From: an uncultured bacterium
GTDB lineage: Bacteria > Poribacteria > WGA-4E > GCA-2687025
Assembly (NCBI GenBank): GCA_964473525.1
Contig: CAYYPK010000031.1
Location: 7,820 to 71,819, forward strand
DNA: 64,000 bases
Direction of reading: 5' to 3'
Part shown: positions 1 to 12,463 of the stretch, piece after piece
Layout: the number at the start of each line of letters is the position of its first letter
How positions within the stretch are numbered: the stretch's first letter is position 1
The notes under the pieces: generated by a model
Seen by the model: only the letters and a program-made list of their open reading frames with translations
Databases searched by the model: none
Told to the model about the DNA's origin: nothing
Program-made: the position numbers and the translations under genes

Positions 1-27
1 CATCCCTACCCTGTCCATAGCCATCAG

Positions 28-621
28 GTGGGGATGCGCGGCAGCGTGGTCCAGTGGTCGCAGGACGGCGCCTTTCTGCGCCTTGGCCCAGACGTGCCGG
101 TGTTCGGCTGGTGGGCGTTCACCGTGGATGGCAACAGCGTTTCGGCCGAGGACGCTGCTGAGATCACCTGGGCGGATCCCGTTGTGCCAAGCGATCTGCC
201 GGACTTCATGACGCAGAGGACGCCAACGGTGTCGCGAGCCATGCCGCTCGTTTGGGGCGTCGATGCGAAGGCACTGTATGTAGCCGACGCGGAGGGCATC
301 TGGCGGGCGACGCTGACGCACCCGTACATGACATCCTGGGACATGATTCACCCCCTAGCGCATGTCCAGTCGCTAGCCATGTCGCCCTCGGGTGAGCTCC
401 TTGTGTCCTTGGCGGGCACGGGGGAGGTGCGCGAAGTCTTCGAGCTACACATCGGTGGCGACGAGATGGTGGCGCGGAACGTCGGCACGGGGTTCGACGT
501 GACGTTCTCGCCGACAACGGACACGTACTACTTTGGGAACAACGTGGGCTACTACGCCGTGCGGCCAGGCGCAGAGCCGCTGAAGCTAGCGTTTGTCGCA
601 GGCCACCCGGACCGGTGGTGA
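28..621 (+). CDS. hypothetical protein, possibly 5'-truncated by the window edge (frame is open back to position 1); no family recognised
   Basis: 197-aa ORF with a GTG/ATG start at 28-36. The reading frame has no stop back to base 1, so the gene may begin upstream of the window. No diagnostic motif recognised. Confidence 0.35.
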   Translation: MGMRGSVVQWSQDGAFLRLGPDVPVFGWWAFTVDGNSVSAEDAAEITWADPVVPSDLPDFMTQRTPTVSRAMPLVWGVDAKALYVADAEGIWRATLTHPYMTSWDMIHPLAHVQSLAMSPSGELLVSLAGTGEVREVFELHIGGDEMVARNVGTGFDVTFSPTTDTYYFGNNVGYYAVRPGAEPLKLAFVAGHPDRW

Positions 622-633
622 GCGCCCATCGGC

Positions 634-1233
634 CTACGACGCACGCGCCTCCAGTGCCGCCTCGAACCGGTCGATATCGGCGGCGTATTCGAGCGTCCAG
701 CCGATGTCGTCCAGGCCGTTCAGCATGCACTGCTTGCGGAAGGGGTCCACGTCGAACGGGTGCTCTGCGCCGCCCGGTTCCACGACGACCTGCCGTGCAA
801 GGTCCACAGTGACTTCGTAACCCTCCGTCGCGGCGACGCCGCGGAACAGGTCACCGACGGTGTCTTCGGCTAGTTCGACCGGCAGCACGCCGTTCTTGTA
901 GCAGTTGTTCTTAAAGATGTCGGCGAACGACGGCGCGATGACTACGCGAAACCCGTACTCGAGGAGCGCCCACGGAGCGTGCTCGCGCGAGCTGCCGCAG
1001 CCGAAGTTGTCGCGGGCGATCAGCACGGTGGCGCCGTCGTAGCGCGGCGCGTTGAGCGCGAAGTCGGCGTTTGGGCTGCCGTCCTCGTTGTATCGCCAGT
1101 CGAAGAAGAGGAACTCTCCGAACCCCGTGCGCTCAATGCGCTTGAGGAACTGCTTCGGGATGATCTGGTCGGTGTCGACGTTCACAACGTCCAGGGCGGC
1201 GACGATGCCAGTGTGCTTAACGAAGGCGTCCAT
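634..1233 (-). CDS. leuD: 3-isopropylmalate dehydratase small subunit
   Basis: 199-aa product with LeuD/aconitase swivel-domain-like sequence (…[14 protein letters not shown]…). It lies 9 bp downstream of leuC on the same strand. Confidence 0.88.
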   Translation of the reverse strand: MDAFVKHTGIVAALDVVNVDTDQIIPKQFLKRIERTGFGEFLFFDWRYNEDGSPNADFALNAPRYDGATVLIARDNFGCGSSREHAPWALLEYGFRVVIAPSFADIFKNNCYKNGVLPVELAEDTVGDLFRGVAATEGYEVTVDLARQVVVEPGGAEHPFDVDPFRKQCMLNGLDDIGWTLEYAADIDRFEAALEARAS

Positions 1234-1242
1234 GAGCTTCTC

Positions 1243-2658
1243 CTAACCCCAGTTGCGTACGTCGACGAAGTGGCCGGCGATGGCGGCGGCGGCGGCCATC
1301 TCTGGACCCACGAGGTGCGTGCGGCCGTCCTTGCCTTGCCGCCCCTCGAAGTTCCTGTTAGACGTGCTGGCGCACCGCTCGCCCGGCTCCAGCTTGTCGG
1401 GATTCATCGCGAGGCACATGGAACAACCCGCCTCCCGCCACTCAAACCCAGCCGCGCGGAACACCTCGTGTAGGCCTTCCTCCTCCGCGGCTGCCTTCAC
1501 GCGTCGCGACCCAGGGACGACCATTGCGTTCCTCACTGAGCCATGCACCGTGTGACCGCGGACGATCTCGGCGGCAGCGCGCAGGTCGCCCAGACGCGAG
1601 TTCGTGCAACTCCCGATAAAGACCCGGTCGATGGCGACGCCAGCGATGGGCGTTCCAGCTTCGAGGCCCATGTACTCCAGCGCGCGCTCCGCCGCCTTGC
1701 GCTCGTTCATGTCCTCGAGCGCGGCGGGTACCGGCGTCGAGCCGGTGATGTCCGTGACCTGGCCAGGGCTGGTGCCCCACGTGACCTGCGGGACGAGCTC
1801 ATCCGCGCGAACCGTGACGACGCGGTCGTATTCCGCGTCGCGGTCGGTGGGCAGCGATTGCCACATGCGCAGGGCCTCATCCCACGCCTCGCCGCTCGGC
1901 GCGAATGGGCGGCCTTTGAGGTACTCGTAAGTCTTCTCGTCGGGGGCGATGAGCCCCGCGCGCGCGCCCGCTTCGATGGTCATATTGCACACGGTCATGC
2001 GCTCGTCCATCGACAGCGCGACGATGCCCTCACCGGTGTATTCGACCGCGTATCCGGTGCCTCCCGCCGTGCCTATCTGCCCGATGATCGCCAGCACGAG
2101 GTCTTTCGCGCCAACGCCCGTAGGCAGCGTGCCCTCGACGTGTATCTGCATCGTGCGAGGGCGTTCCTGCTGCAAGCACTGTGTGGCGAGGACGTGTTCC
2201 ACCTCGCTCGTGCCGATGCCGAACGCCAACGCGCCGAACGCGCCGTGGGTCGCCGTGTGGCTGTCGCCGCACACGATCGTAGAGCCCGGCTGGGTCAACC
2301 CCTGCTCCGGCCCTATGACGTGCACGATCCCCTGCTCGGGGCTATGCAGGTCGTAGAGCGTCACCCCAAACTGTTCGCAGTTCGCGGACAGCGTCTCCAT
2401 CTGCTTCGCCGCGATGGCGTCCGCGATGGGCAGGGACTGATCGGTCGTGGGGATGTTGTGGTCCATCGTGGCGAACGTCTTGTCCGGCCGCCGCACCTTA
2501 CGGCCTGCGAGACGGAGCCCCTCGAAAGCCTGGGGAGAAGTCACTTCGTGGACGAGGTGGAGGTCAATATAGAGAATCGTCGCCTCGCCCGCGCTGGCGC
2601 GGACGACGTGGCTATCCCAGATCTTGTCGACCATCGTCTTGGGACTTTTTCCCAGCAT
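1243..2658 (-). CDS. leuC: 3-isopropylmalate dehydratase large subunit
   Basis: 471-aa product with aconitase-family motifs (…IGSCTNSR…, Cys ligands as in …CSMC…). Typical LeuC length, and leuC-leuD arrangement. Confidence 0.92.
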   Translation of the reverse strand: MLGKSPKTMVDKIWDSHVVRASAGEATILYIDLHLVHEVTSPQAFEGLRLAGRKVRRPDKTFATMDHNIPTTDQSLPIADAIAAKQMETLSANCEQFGVTLYDLHSPEQGIVHVIGPEQGLTQPGSTIVCGDSHTATHGAFGALAFGIGTSEVEHVLATQCLQQERPRTMQIHVEGTLPTGVGAKDLVLAIIGQIGTAGGTGYAVEYTGEGIVALSMDERMTVCNMTIEAGARAGLIAPDEKTYEYLKGRPFAPSGEAWDEALRMWQSLPTDRDAEYDRVVTVRADELVPQVTWGTSPGQVTDITGSTPVPAALEDMNERKAAERALEYMGLEAGTPIAGVAIDRVFIGSCTNSRLGDLRAAAEIVRGHTVHGSVRNAMVVPGSRRVKAAAEEEGLHEVFRAAGFEWREAGCSMCLAMNPDKLEPGERCASTSNRNFEGRQGKDGRTHLVGPEMAAAAAIAGHFVDVRNWG

Positions 2659-2809
2659 TGACCTGCTCCGTCTGACCTTGGTGTTGCGCGGCGGATGGTG
2701 ACTGAATGATACGCGTCGCGATTCCAGCTGGACAACGCAAACAGGCTGGAGCGGAAACGGCAGGCCCTGGCAGGCCCGCCGCTTCCAAGCGTTCGTGTGT
2801 GGTCGGCTC

Positions 2810-5800
2810 TTAGTCGTCGGCGGACGCCTCGAGCGCCGGGTCTTCCGCTGGCGGCAACGCCTCCTCGCCCACTGGCAGCGGACGATGCGCCTCGACGGTG
2901 ACGCGGTGATGCTCGGACAGCCCCGTTCCCGCAGGAATGAGGCGACCCATGATGACGTTCTCCTTGAGCCCGCGCAGCGTGTCGCGCTTGCCCATCGCGG
3001 CAGCCTTCGTCAAGACGTTCGTCGTCTGTTGGAACGACGCCGCCGAGATGAACGACTCCGTGCTGAGCGCCGCCTTGGTGATGCCCTGCAACAGTGGCGC
3101 GGCCTCGGCGGGAGAGCTGTCGCCCTCGAAGACCAGGTGCACCGTCTCGAGCCCGGCGTTCCGGAGTTCGTCCAGCAACTCGCCAGATAGGACGCCACCC
3201 TCTTCGACGGCGACTTCACCGTCGATCTCGATGGTCTCGCCAACCTCGCCACCGACGTATTCGTCGGCGCTTTCCAGCGCGACTTCCGCCACGTGGACCG
3301 TCGGGTGCGTCGCCACACGCGTGTTCTCGCGTCGGAACGACGTCAGCGGGATCTCATCGCCTTCGAGGAAGTCCGTGTCGCCGGCATCGGTGACGCGCAC
3401 CTTCTTCATCATCTGGCGGATGATGACTTCACAGTGCTTGTCGTTGATGCGCTCGCCCTGGCGACGGTAGACCGCCTTGATCTCCTTGACGATGTACCGC
3501 TGCACCTCATCCTTGCCCTTGACGTCGAGGATGTCGTGCGGGTTCATCGAGCCGTCCGTCAGGGGATCGCCCGCCTCGAGGTAGTCGCCCTCCTGGACGA
3601 CGATGAACTTCCCGAGCGGGATCTTGTATTCGCGGTAGTTGTCTGGCGCATCCTGTGGCGTCACGCGGACGACCTGCATGCCGCGGCTCATCCCCTGGAA
3701 GGAGATCTCGCCGGTGATCTCGGAGATCGTGGCGTGGTCCTTCGGCTTGCGCGCCTCGAACAGCTCTGTCACGCGGGGAAGCCCGGTAACGATGTCGGAC
3801 GTCTTCGCCGCCTGGCGTGGCATACGCGCCAGTGTGTCGCCCGGTAGCACCTCGGCGCCGGCGTTCACCGACAACCGTGCGCCAGCAGGCAGCACGTACG
3901 ACTCGATGACCTCGCCGTCGGCAGCAGTGAGGATCTCCGCGCGTGGCATGTTCTCACGGTAGTCCGTGATGACGCGTTCACGCTGACCGGTCACATCGTC
4001 GACGAGTTCCTCGAGCGTCACGCCCGGGATGACGTCCTCGAAGCGGACCACGCCCTTCACCTTCGTGAGGATCGGCACGTGATCGGCGACCCCGGTGAAC
4101 AGCTCGTCGTCGCGCACCACTTCCTGTCCCTCGGAGACGAGGATCGTCGATCCCGCAGGCACTCGGCGTCGCTCGCGCTCCCGTCCGTCGGGCCCTTCAA
4201 TGGACAGCGTCCCGTTACGGAGGGCGATCACCTCGCCGTTGGGCCGCTTGGTCGTCTCGAGGTTGTGGTAGACGATCGTTCCCTCACGCGCTCGCGCGTG
4301 GATGAGGGACGCCTCGCCCGTCTCCGCCGACGCGGTTCCGCCTGTGTGGAACGTCCGCATCGTGAGCTGCGTGCCCGGTTCTCCAATGGACTGCGCGGCG
4401 ATGATGCCGATGGCCTCCCCAACGTCCACCAATCGGTGGTTCGTGAGGTCCATCCCATAGCACATCTGGCACACGCCCCAGATCGTCTCGCACGTCAGAG
4501 GCGACCTCACGGTCACTTCCAGCAGTTCGACATCGTCCAGGCGACGCGCCGTCTCAACATCAATGACCGTGTTCGGCGCCACCAACTCTTCGTTGGTCGC
4601 CGGGTCGATGATCGCCTGCGAGGTGACGCGTCCAACGAGAAGCGCGGACAGAGGGGAACCCTCCTCGTCCGCTTCCATCTCTGTCTTCGTGACGCCGTCG
4701 AGTGTGCCGCAGTCGTCCGTGGTGACGATAACGTCCTGGGACACGTCCACGAGCTTGCGCGTGAGGTACCCGGAACTCGCCGTCTTGATGGCGGTGTCCG
4801 CGAGACCCTTGCGGGCGCCGTGCGTGGAGATGAAGTACTCTAGAACGCTGAGTCCCTCACGTAGCGACGTGAAGATCGGGCGCTCGATGATGCTGCCGTC
4901 CGGCTTCGCCATCAGTCCGCGCATGCCGGCGATCTGACGCATCTGGTCGTAACGCGCTCGAGCGCCGGAGTCCGCCATGATGTGGACCGGGTTGAAGCCC
5001 TCGGCGTAATGCTCCTCGGAGTCGCCGTTGGCCCCGCTTGCCACCTCTGGTAGCCCGCCCCCGCTGTCCGCGGTGGCGCCTTCGGGGAGCGCGGCTGTCT
5101 GGCTTGCTGTGCCACGACTGAGAGTGTCGAACAGGCTCTTCTGCACGTCCTCCGTCAGACGCGCCCACACGGCGACGATGCGGTTGTACCTCTCGCCGTC
5201 GCTGATGCGCCCGGCTTGGTACAGGTCGCGGATGTCCTCGACCTCCTTCTCGGCGGCCTCCTTGAGGTTCCCCCGCTCCGCGGGATACGCGAAGTCGGTG
5301 ATCGCCAGGGAGAGGCCTGAGATGGTCGCATACCGGAAGCCGATGCCCTGCAGCTCGTTGAGCAGTTCCACCGCGCGCCGGTTGCCGAGGGTGCGGAAGC
5401 AGTCCGCGACCAGGCTCTCCAGCCCACGCGTCTTGAGCTCACGATTGACGAACGGCAGCCGCACGGGGTCGCCGTTGATGTCCTCGCAGTCGAAGAGCAG
5501 TTCCGGCGGCAGCGTCTGGTTGAACAGGACGCGGCCTGGCGTCGTGCGGAGGATGCCCGAGGCGCCGGCGTGTGACACGCGCACATCCACGATCTCGTGG
5601 ACCTGCACGTGGCCTGCCTCATAGGCGTACACGGCGTCTTCCGGCGAGGCGAACTGCAGCGGCGTCTCACGACCCGAGGTTTCGCCTGCGGGCAGCATGT
5701 GGCCGCCCAGCCCGGCCGCCTTGGCGGTTTCGGGGTCGACGTCCTTCGTGAGGTAGTTGCAGCCGAGCACCATATCTAGGTCAGGCACGGCGATGGGGTT

Positions 5801-7300
5801 GCCATGCGCCGGCTTGAGGATATTTCGGTGCGACGCCATGAGGAACTGCGCCTCGACCTGCGCCTCGGGTGACAGCGGCACGTGCACCGCCATCTGGTCG
5901 CCGTCGAAGTCCGCGTTGAACGCCGAACACACCAACGGGTGGATTCGGATAGCTTCCCCCTCGACAAGGTGCGGTTGGAACGCCTGGATGCCCAAGCGGT
6001 GCAACGTCGGCGCGCGGTTGAGCAGTACCGGGTGCTCCTGGATGACCTCCTCCAAGACCTCCCAGACTTCCTCGTCAAGCCGCTCCGTCATGCGTTTCGC
6101 CGACTTGATCGTAGTCGCGTAGTTCCGCTCCTGGAGCTTGCGGATGATGAACGGCTTGAACAGCTCGAGCGCCATCTTCTTCGGCAGCCCGCACTGGTGC
6201 AGTTTCAGCTCCGGGCCGACCACGATCACCGAACGCCCGGAGTAGTCGACGCGCTTCCCGAGCAGGTTCTGACGGAAGCGGCCCGGCTTGCCCTTCAGCA
6301 TGTCGCTGAGCGACTTCAAAGGACGGTTGCCCGGCCCCTTCACGACGCGGCCGTGCTTCCCGTTTTCAATGAGCGCGTCGACGGCTTCCTGTAGCATCCG
6401 CTTCTCGTTGCGGATGATGACTTCGGGAGCTTTCAGCTCCACAAGCCGCTTGAGACGGTTGTTGCGGTTGATGACGCGTCGGTACAGGTCGTTCAGGTCC
6501 GACGTGGCGAACCGTCCACCGTCCAGAGCGACCAGCGGACGCAGTTCCGGCGGCATGACCGGGATGACGTCAAGCACCATCCATGACGGCTGGTTCTCCG
6601 TCTTCTGGAGGCCGCGCACCAGGCCCAAGCGTTTGCGAATCTTCTTCGCCTTCTGCTTGGAGTTGGTGATCGACAGCTCTTGCTCCATGAGCGCGGATTC
6701 CTGCGCCAGGTCGATGCTGTCGAGTATCTCCTTGACCGCCGACGCGCCCGTCTCCGCGCGGAAGTGGTACCCACGGTCCAGCAGCGCCTGATACTGCTCT
6801 TCCGTCAGCCGGTCCTTGAACTCGAGCGGGCTGTCGCCTGGATCCAGGACGAGGTACGCCTCGTAGTAGAGGACGCGCTCCAGCTCCTTCAGCGACAGGT
6901 CCAGGAGCAATCCAAGGTGGCTCGGGACGCTCTTGAAGAACCAGATGTGGGACACCGGGGTCGCCAGTTGCACGTACCCCATGCGCTCCCGGCGCACCTT
7001 CGAGAGCGTGACCTCCACGCCACAGCGCTCGCAGACGACACCCTTGTATTTGATGCGCTTGTACTTGCCGCACGAGCACTCCCAGTCCTTCGTAGGACCG
7101 AAGATGGCCTCGCAGAACAAGCCGTCACGCTCGGGACGAAACGTGCGGTAGTTGATCGTCTCCGGCTTCTTCACCTCACCCGTAGTGAACGAGTTTGGGT
7201 TGGGGTTCTTAGCCCAGTCCTTGATCTTCTCCGGCGACGCTAGCCGGATCGCGATCGAGTCGAAGTGCCGGACGCTGTGCGTGGGTAGATAGCGAGCCAA
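2810..7300 (-). CDS. rpoC: DNA-directed RNA polymerase subunit beta'
   Basis: 1496-aa product. The N-terminus [31 protein letters not shown]… and the NADFDGD catalytic motif are characteristic of RpoC. Confidence 0.97.
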   Translation of the reverse strand: MARYLPTHSVRHFDSIAIRLASPEKIKDWAKNPNPNSFTTGEVKKPETINYRTFRPERDGLFCEAIFGPTKDWECSCGKYKRIKYKGVVCERCGVEVTLSKVRRERMGYVQLATPVSHIWFFKSVPSHLGLLLDLSLKELERVLYYEAYLVLDPGDSPLEFKDRLTEEQYQALLDRGYHFRAETGASAVKEILDSIDLAQESALMEQELSITNSKQKAKKIRKRLGLVRGLQKTENQPSWMVLDVIPVMPPELRPLVALDGGRFATSDLNDLYRRVINRNNRLKRLVELKAPEVIIRNEKRMLQEAVDALIENGKHGRVVKGPGNRPLKSLSDMLKGKPGRFRQNLLGKRVDYSGRSVIVVGPELKLHQCGLPKKMALELFKPFIIRKLQERNYATTIKSAKRMTERLDEEVWEVLEEVIQEHPVLLNRAPTLHRLGIQAFQPHLVEGEAIRIHPLVCSAFNADFDGDQMAVHVPLSPEAQVEAQFLMASHRNILKPAHGNPIAVPDLDMVLGCNYLTKDVDPETAKAAGLGGHMLPAGETSGRETPLQFASPEDAVYAYEAGHVQVHEIVDVRVSHAGASGILRTTPGRVLFNQTLPPELLFDCEDINGDPVRLPFVNRELKTRGLESLVADCFRTLGNRRAVELLNELQGIGFRYATISGLSLAITDFAYPAERGNLKEAAEKEVEDIRDLYQAGRISDGERYNRIVAVWARLTEDVQKSLFDTLSRGTASQTAALPEGATADSGGGLPEVASGANGDSEEHYAEGFNPVHIMADSGARARYDQMRQIAGMRGLMAKPDGSIIERPIFTSLREGLSVLEYFISTHGARKGLADTAIKTASSGYLTRKLVDVSQDVIVTTDDCGTLDGVTKTEMEADEEGSPLSALLVGRVTSQAIIDPATNEELVAPNTVIDVETARRLDDVELLEVTVRSPLTCETIWGVCQMCYGMDLTNHRLVDVGEAIGIIAAQSIGEPGTQLTMRTFHTGGTASAETGEASLIHARAREGTIVYHNLETTKRPNGEVIALRNGTLSIEGPDGRERERRRVPAGSTILVSEGQEVVRDDELFTGVADHVPILTKVKGVVRFEDVIPGVTLEELVDDVTGQRERVITDYRENMPRAEILTAADGEVIESYVLPAGARLSVNAGAEVLPGDTLARMPRQAAKTSDIVTGLPRVTELFEARKPKDHATISEITGEISFQGMSRGMQVVRVTPQDAPDNYREYKIPLGKFIVVQEGDYLEAGDPLTDGSMNPHDILDVKGKDEVQRYIVKEIKAVYRRQGERINDKHCEVIIRQMMKKVRVTDAGDTDFLEGDEIPLTSFRRENTRVATHPTVHVAEVALESADEYVGGEVGETIEIDGEVAVEEGGVLSGELLDELRNAGLETVHLVFEGDSSPAEAAPLLQGITKAALSTESFISAASFQQTTNVLTKAAAMGKRDTLRGLKENVIMGRLIPAGTGLSEHHRVTVEAHRPLPVGEEALPPAEDPALEASADD

Positions 7301-7373
7301 GGGCTATCCCTCCATAGGCCGTGAGAGACGGAGCTGTCGTCAGTGAAGGCGTTGGTCAATCGCTCGACGCGCG

Positions 7374-10300
7374 TTAGTCCGCGAAGATGCCGGCTTCTTC
7401 GGCCCGCGGCGCCGCCGCGTAGTACTGCTCGTTGCTTTCGGGGTCGTCCGGCTCCTCGAGGGTCACATCCAGACACAGGCTCTGGAGCTCCTTGACGAGG
7501 ACGTTGAACGACTCGGGAGTGCCGGGCTCGGGCGTGTTCTCGCCCTTGACGATCGACTCATACACGCGTGTGCGACCCGTCACGTCGTCTGACTTGATCG
7601 TCAGAAGCTCCTGCAACAGGTGCGCCGCTCCATATGCCTCGAGCGCCCAGACCTCCATCTCGCCGAAGCGCTGCCCGCCGAGCTGAGCCTTACCGCCCAA
7701 CGGCTGCTGCGTCACCAGCGAGTACGGCCCGATGGACCGCGCGTGGATCTTGTCCGCCACGAGGTGGTTCAGTTTGAGCATGTAGTGGACGCCAACCGTC
7801 ACGCGCTGGTGGAACGCCTCGCCCGTGCGTCCGTCGTAGAGCTTGATCTTGCCGCTCGCTGGCAGACCAGCGTCCTCGAGCTCCTGGTGGATCTCCTCCT
7901 CGGTCGCCCCATCGAACACAGGTGTCGCCACCTTGATGCCCTGTTGCAGCGCCGCCCACCCGAGGTGGGTTTCCAGGATCTGGCCCACGTTCATACGGCC
8001 CGGAACACCCAACGGGTTGAGCACCATGTCCACCGAAGTTCCGTCTTCGAGGTACGGCATGTCCTCGATCGGCAGGATCTTGGCGATGACGCCCTTGTTG
8101 CCGTGTCGGCCAGAGAGCTTGTCGCCCACGGAGATCTTCCGCTTGGTCGCGATGTACACCTTGACCAGCTTCAGAACGCCCGGCTTCAGCTCGTCGCCCT
8201 TGCGGATCTTCTCGACGCGCTCTTCCTTCTCGTCGGCGACGGCGCGGATGCGCGCCTGCGCCAACTGCCGCATCTGACGGATGCGGTCCATCGTCGGGGC
8301 GTCCGTTACGATCGCCTCGTTGATGTCCGCGGCCGCTTCCGCGACCTCATCGGTGATGGTGTCGCCGCGTTCAGCGACGTCTCCGTCTTCGCCGCGTAGT
8401 GGCGCCGCCAGATCCTTGCCGATGACGAGCCGCTTCGTCTGCTCGCGGAGGCCCTGGTTGATGAGCGCCTCTCGCCCCTCGCGCAGCAGGTCCGCTTCTT
8501 TCACCTGCGCGTCCTCGCGCAACTCGCTCTGGTGGTCGCGATCGCGCTCCTTGCGCGCGAACACACGCGTGTCGATGACGACGCCGTTCGTGCCGGGTCG
8601 CGCTTCGAGCGACGCGTCCTTGAAGTCGCCCGCCTTGTCGCCAAAGATGGCGCGTAGCAGCTTCTCTTCGGGGCCAAGCTCGCTCTCGCCCTTCGGCGTG
8701 ACCTTGCCGACGAGGATGTCCCACGGGTCGATGCACGACCCGATCTGGACGACGCCTTCGTCGTCGAGGTTGAGCAGCGCTTCTTCGCTCTTGTTTGGGA
8801 TGTCCTGGGTGATCTCCTCTTTGCCCAGCTTCGTGTCGCGGGCCTCGAGGTCGAACTCCTGGATGTGGATCGACGTCAGCACGTCGTCGCGCACCAGGCG
8901 TTCGCTGATGAGGATCGCGTCCTCGAAGTTGTAGCCTTCCCAGGGCATGAACGCGACGACGCAGTTCGCGCCCACGGCGAGTTCGCCGTTTTCGGTCGCG
9001 CTACCGTCGGCGACGACCTCCCCAGCCTTCAGCGGCTGACCCTTGCGCACCACGGGCTTCTGGTCGACGACCGTGTTGGCGTTGGACCGCTTGTACTTGA
9101 TGAGACGATACACGTCGTAGCCCATGTCGCTGAACGAGTGTTCGCCCTCGTGCGACAGGTCCGCGTCCTGCGTGCGCACGATGACTTCGTCCGCGGACAC
9201 GCTCTCAACGATTCCGTCACGCTTCGCAACGACGACGGCCCCGGAGTCCAGCGCCGCCTTGTATTCCGACCCCGTGCCGACGATGGGTGACTTCGGGGCG
9301 AGAAGCGGTACCGCCTGCCCCTGGTAGTTCGCGCCCATGAGCGCGCGCACGGCGTCGTCGTGTTCGAGGAAGGGAATCAGGGCCGCCGAAATGCCCACCA
9401 CCTGCTTTGGCGATACATCAGCGTACTGCACCTCGCTCATCGGGTGCTCGCGGTAATCGCCGCGGTTGCGGGTGAACACACGGTCGTCGCCATCGGCGCG
9501 TTCCTCGTGTTCCATGTCCGCCTGCGCGATGATGTACAGGTCTTCTTGATCGGCGGTCAGGAACTCCGTCGACCCCTCGATGATCTTGCCGTTCTCGACC
9601 CGCTGGTATGGCGTCTCGAGGAAGCCATACTCGTTCACGCGGGTGTACGTGCTGAGGTACAGAATCAGACCAACGCCAGGCCCTTCAGGCGTCTGGATCG
9701 GGCAGATGCGACCGTAGTGCGTGTGGTGCACGTCACGCGCGTCGTACGTCGCGCGGTCGCGGTGCAGTCCGCCCGGCCCCAGCGCGGTGATGCGGCGCTT
9801 GTGGACCAACTCGTCCAGCGGGTTGTTCTGCGACATGAACTGCGACAGTTGGCTGCTGCCGAAGAAGTCCTTGACGGCGCTCACGAGCGGCTTCGGGTTG
9901 ATGAGGTCGTTGGCGGTCTTCTGGTCCAGCTCCTGCGCCTGGATCGTCATGCGCTCGCGGATGTTCCGCGTCATGCGGTGCAGACCGGTGCGTACGGTGT
10001 TCTCGAGGAGTTCACCGACGGCGCGCACGCGACGGTTGCCCAAGTGGTCGACGTCATCAACGAACAGCTCGCCAGCCATCACCTTCAGCATGTACGTGAG
10101 AGCGGCGACGATGTCGCTGTGGTCCAGCGTTCGTAGGCCGGGGTCGTTGTCGACAGCAAGCTTCTTGTTGAGCTTGTACCGCCCAACGCGCGACAGGTCG
10201 TACCGCGTCTCATCGAAGTACAGACGGTCGACGCGCTGCTTCGCGGTGTCCACGGTCGGAGAGTCGCCCGGCTGTAGGGTGCGGTAGATCTCGAGGAGAG

Positions 10301-11441
10301 CGTCCTCTTGCATCTGCCCGCGGTCAGCCTGCGTCTGGATGGGATCCTTTCGGAGCGTGTCCAGCACGGGAGCCAACCACGTGGTGTCCTCCTCCGGCAC
10401 CAGATGCACCACGTGGACAGCGTGCTCGATGAACGTGTCCACCAGCCCCTCGTCCAACTCGACGCCTACCTCGGCGAGGGTTGTGCCTTCGACGTCCTCA
10501 ATGACGCTCTGCGCCAGCATTCGGCCGGTAAGGTGCGACAGGTCGGCCTTTCGACCACCCATGACGGCTACCGTCTCGATACCGCCCTCACGCGCCTGCG
10601 CCAGGACTTCCTCTGTCAACGCGGCGCCGGCCTCACCGTACAGCTCGCCGGTTTCCTCGTTGGCCACGGCGGTCGACAGCGGGTTCCCGATATGCTCGGT
10701 GGCGGCCCCAACGTCCACGGCCACGGAATCGTAGAGCGACTCCACGTCCGGCGGCGCGAACATGCCGATGATTTCGGCGTCGGTGACCCACCCAAGCGCG
10801 CGCAGGAACGTCGACGTGTGGCGCCTCTTGTGCTTGTCCAGCCGCACGTGGAGGACGCTGTGCACGTCCGACTCGAACTCCAGCCACGCGCCGCGAATCG
10901 GGATCACCTGCGCCGTATAGGTCTTGCGTCCGCTGGGCTGCGTGTCCTCTTTAAAGATGACGCCCGGCGAGCGGTGAAGCTGACTGACGATGACGCGTTC
11001 GGCGCCGTTCACGATGAACGTGCCGCGTTCGGTCATGAGCGGGATCTCGCCCATGTACACTTCGGAGTCGCGGACCTCTTCGATGGCCCCTTCCTCGTCC
11101 CCCTTGCCCTTCTCACGGATCGTGAGGCGGACGGTCACCTTGAGAGGGATGGCGTACGTCATTCCCCGGTCTTGGCACTCGTTGATGTCGTACTTCGGCC
11201 GACCGAGGTCGTAAGAGAGATATGCGATGGATGCGGTGCCGCTAAAGTCTTCCGCGTGGAGCATCTCTTGGAAGACGGACTCCAGCCCAACGTTGGCCCG
11301 CTCTTCGGGCTTCACGTCGCGTTGTAGGAAGTCGTCGTAGGAGCGTCGCTGAATCTCGACTAGATCCGGCAGGTCCAAAACCTCGGGAATCTTGCCGTAG
11401 GATCGCCGTACCGTTCTGCCAACTCGGATGTCGTGGGGCAT
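7374..11441 (-). CDS. rpoB: DNA-directed RNA polymerase subunit beta
   Basis: Unmistakable RpoB sequence. The track ORF runs to 12074, but the true start is Met at 11439-11441 (MPHDIRVGRTVRRSYGKIPEVLDLPDLVEIQRRSYD…), preceded by an AGGAGG Shine-Dalgarno. The upstream extension is low-complexity and overlaps the neighbouring gene. Confidence 0.96.
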   Translation of the reverse strand: MPHDIRVGRTVRRSYGKIPEVLDLPDLVEIQRRSYDDFLQRDVKPEERANVGLESVFQEMLHAEDFSGTASIAYLSYDLGRPKYDINECQDRGMTYAIPLKVTVRLTIREKGKGDEEGAIEEVRDSEVYMGEIPLMTERGTFIVNGAERVIVSQLHRSPGVIFKEDTQPSGRKTYTAQVIPIRGAWLEFESDVHSVLHVRLDKHKRRHTSTFLRALGWVTDAEIIGMFAPPDVESLYDSVAVDVGAATEHIGNPLSTAVANEETGELYGEAGAALTEEVLAQAREGGIETVAVMGGRKADLSHLTGRMLAQSVIEDVEGTTLAEVGVELDEGLVDTFIEHAVHVVHLVPEEDTTWLAPVLDTLRKDPIQTQADRGQMQEDALLEIYRTLQPGDSPTVDTAKQRVDRLYFDETRYDLSRVGRYKLNKKLAVDNDPGLRTLDHSDIVAALTYMLKVMAGELFVDDVDHLGNRRVRAVGELLENTVRTGLHRMTRNIRERMTIQAQELDQKTANDLINPKPLVSAVKDFFGSSQLSQFMSQNNPLDELVHKRRITALGPGGLHRDRATYDARDVHHTHYGRICPIQTPEGPGVGLILYLSTYTRVNEYGFLETPYQRVENGKIIEGSTEFLTADQEDLYIIAQADMEHEERADGDDRVFTRNRGDYREHPMSEVQYADVSPKQVVGISAALIPFLEHDDAVRALMGANYQGQAVPLLAPKSPIVGTGSEYKAALDSGAVVVAKRDGIVESVSADEVIVRTQDADLSHEGEHSFSDMGYDVYRLIKYKRSNANTVVDQKPVVRKGQPLKAGEVVADGSATENGELAVGANCVVAFMPWEGYNFEDAILISERLVRDDVLTSIHIQEFDLEARDTKLGKEEITQDIPNKSEEALLNLDDEGVVQIGSCIDPWDILVGKVTPKGESELGPEEKLLRAIFGDKAGDFKDASLEARPGTNGVVIDTRVFARKERDRDHQSELREDAQVKEADLLREGREALINQGLREQTKRLVIGKDLAAPLRGEDGDVAERGDTITDEVAEAAADINEAIVTDAPTMDRIRQMRQLAQARIRAVADEKEERVEKIRKGDELKPGVLKLVKVYIATKRKISVGDKLSGRHGNKGVIAKILPIEDMPYLEDGTSVDMVLNPLGVPGRMNVGQILETHLGWAALQQGIKVATPVFDGATEEEIHQELEDAGLPASGKIKLYDGRTGEAFHQRVTVGVHYMLKLNHLVADKIHARSIGPYSLVTQQPLGGKAQLGGQRFGEMEVWALEAYGAAHLLQELLTIKSDDVTGRTRVYESIVKGENTPEPGTPESFNVLVKELQSLCLDVTLEEPDDPESNEQYYAAAPRAEEAGIFAD

Positions 11442-11587
11442 GGGACCTCCTGCGAGACGAATATGCTGCCTGGGAGCCAGAAAGGCGCAACTTAGTATGC
11501 TAGGCCTGTGTCCAGGCGTTGTCAAGGACTTTCGGTTGCGACACACGCACTCGGACGGGGCGGCATTCGCGCCGCCTACGGCGCGTC

Positions 11588-12454
11588 CTACACCGCGTCC
11601 GGCTGGTGCTCTCGCAGCCACGTTCGTAGCGGCGCGTCGTCGTCGGTCGGGGAGGTGTACCCGAAGCCGCCGTTGGCGCTGGCCCCCAGCAGCTGCCGCT
11701 GAATGGGGTCGCAGGCGTCCAGGTACCGCTCGACGGTCATGTTGTCTCGCGGCCGCAGCCATCGGTAGCTGTAGCCGTAGAACAGCACCTTCCGCGTGAC
11801 GTCCGAAGCGTTCGGGCTCGCGGAGTGCCACAGCCGACGGTCGAAGAAGACAGCGGACCCCGGCCCCGCGCAGACAGGCAGAGCGTCCGGCGGATCGGTC
11901 TCGCCGTCGGGCGGGAAGTCGACCGAGTTGTGCAGATGGCTCCCGGGGATCACGTGGAAGTTCCCACGGCCAGTGGCGGACGTGTCGCTCAGGAAGAAGG
12001 CGACCTTGAGCGACACACGCGGCCTCGGATCGCCCTCCAGTTCCGCGTTCAGCCGGCCTGTGTCCTGATGCCAACCTAGCCGTCGCCCGCTACGCTCGGC
12101 AGCGCGCGGGTCCGGCGGCGTGATGATCATGTGGGAGTGATAGAGCTGTATGTTCCAGCCCAGGATTCCCCACACCTTGGGGAAGGTCGCTGGGTAGTCA
12201 AGCAGTTCCAGGAACGCGTCGTCGCGGCCGATGAAGTCGAGCTGGTTCAGCATCGCCCCGTCCGGGCGGCCCCGTTGTTCCTGCTCCTCGCCGTAGACAC
12301 GGTCGGCGGCTTCCTCCAGCCTCCCGAGCAGCCCTTCGGGCAGCAGGCGGTCCAGGACGAAGTATCCGTCCGTCTCGAACTTGTGCGACTCCTCGTGGGT
12401 GAGGACGTGGGTCAGGCAGCTAGGATCCATGTCGGCGCCTCCGTGTGTTCCCAC
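11588..12454 (-). CDS. phytanoyl-CoA dioxygenase (PhyH) family Fe(II)/2-oxoglutarate-dependent oxygenase
   Basis: 288-aa product with PhyH-family features (HxD…H metal triad context, …WHQDTG…, …FHVIPGSHL…, …RRLWHSASPN…). It starts 9 bp after the stop of the sigma-54 activator gene. Confidence 0.7.
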   Translation of the reverse strand: MGTHGGADMDPSCLTHVLTHEESHKFETDGYFVLDRLLPEGLLGRLEEAADRVYGEEQEQRGRPDGAMLNQLDFIGRDDAFLELLDYPATFPKVWGILGWNIQLYHSHMIITPPDPRAAERSGRRLGWHQDTGRLNAELEGDPRPRVSLKVAFFLSDTSATGRGNFHVIPGSHLHNSVDFPPDGETDPPDALPVCAGPGSAVFFDRRLWHSASPNASDVTRKVLFYGYSYRWLRPRDNMTVERYLDACDPIQRQLLGASANGGFGYTSPTDDDAPLRTWLREHQPDAV

Positions 12455-12463
12455 GCTTGTTGG

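Noticed and set aside
2659-2809. Possible leucine leader peptide or attenuator upstream of leuC (minus strand)
   Set aside because: No Leu-codon-rich short ORF and no convincing alternative hairpin pair were visible in the 150-bp rpoC-leuC spacer.
11442-12074. N-terminal 211-aa extension of the rpoB ORF in the six-frame track (1566 aa)
   Set aside because: Low-complexity Arg/Ala-rich translation that overlaps the PhyH gene on the same strand. A canonical RpoB N-terminus begins at Met 11441, with an AGGAGG Shine-Dalgarno 8 nt upstream. This is a high-GC artefact.
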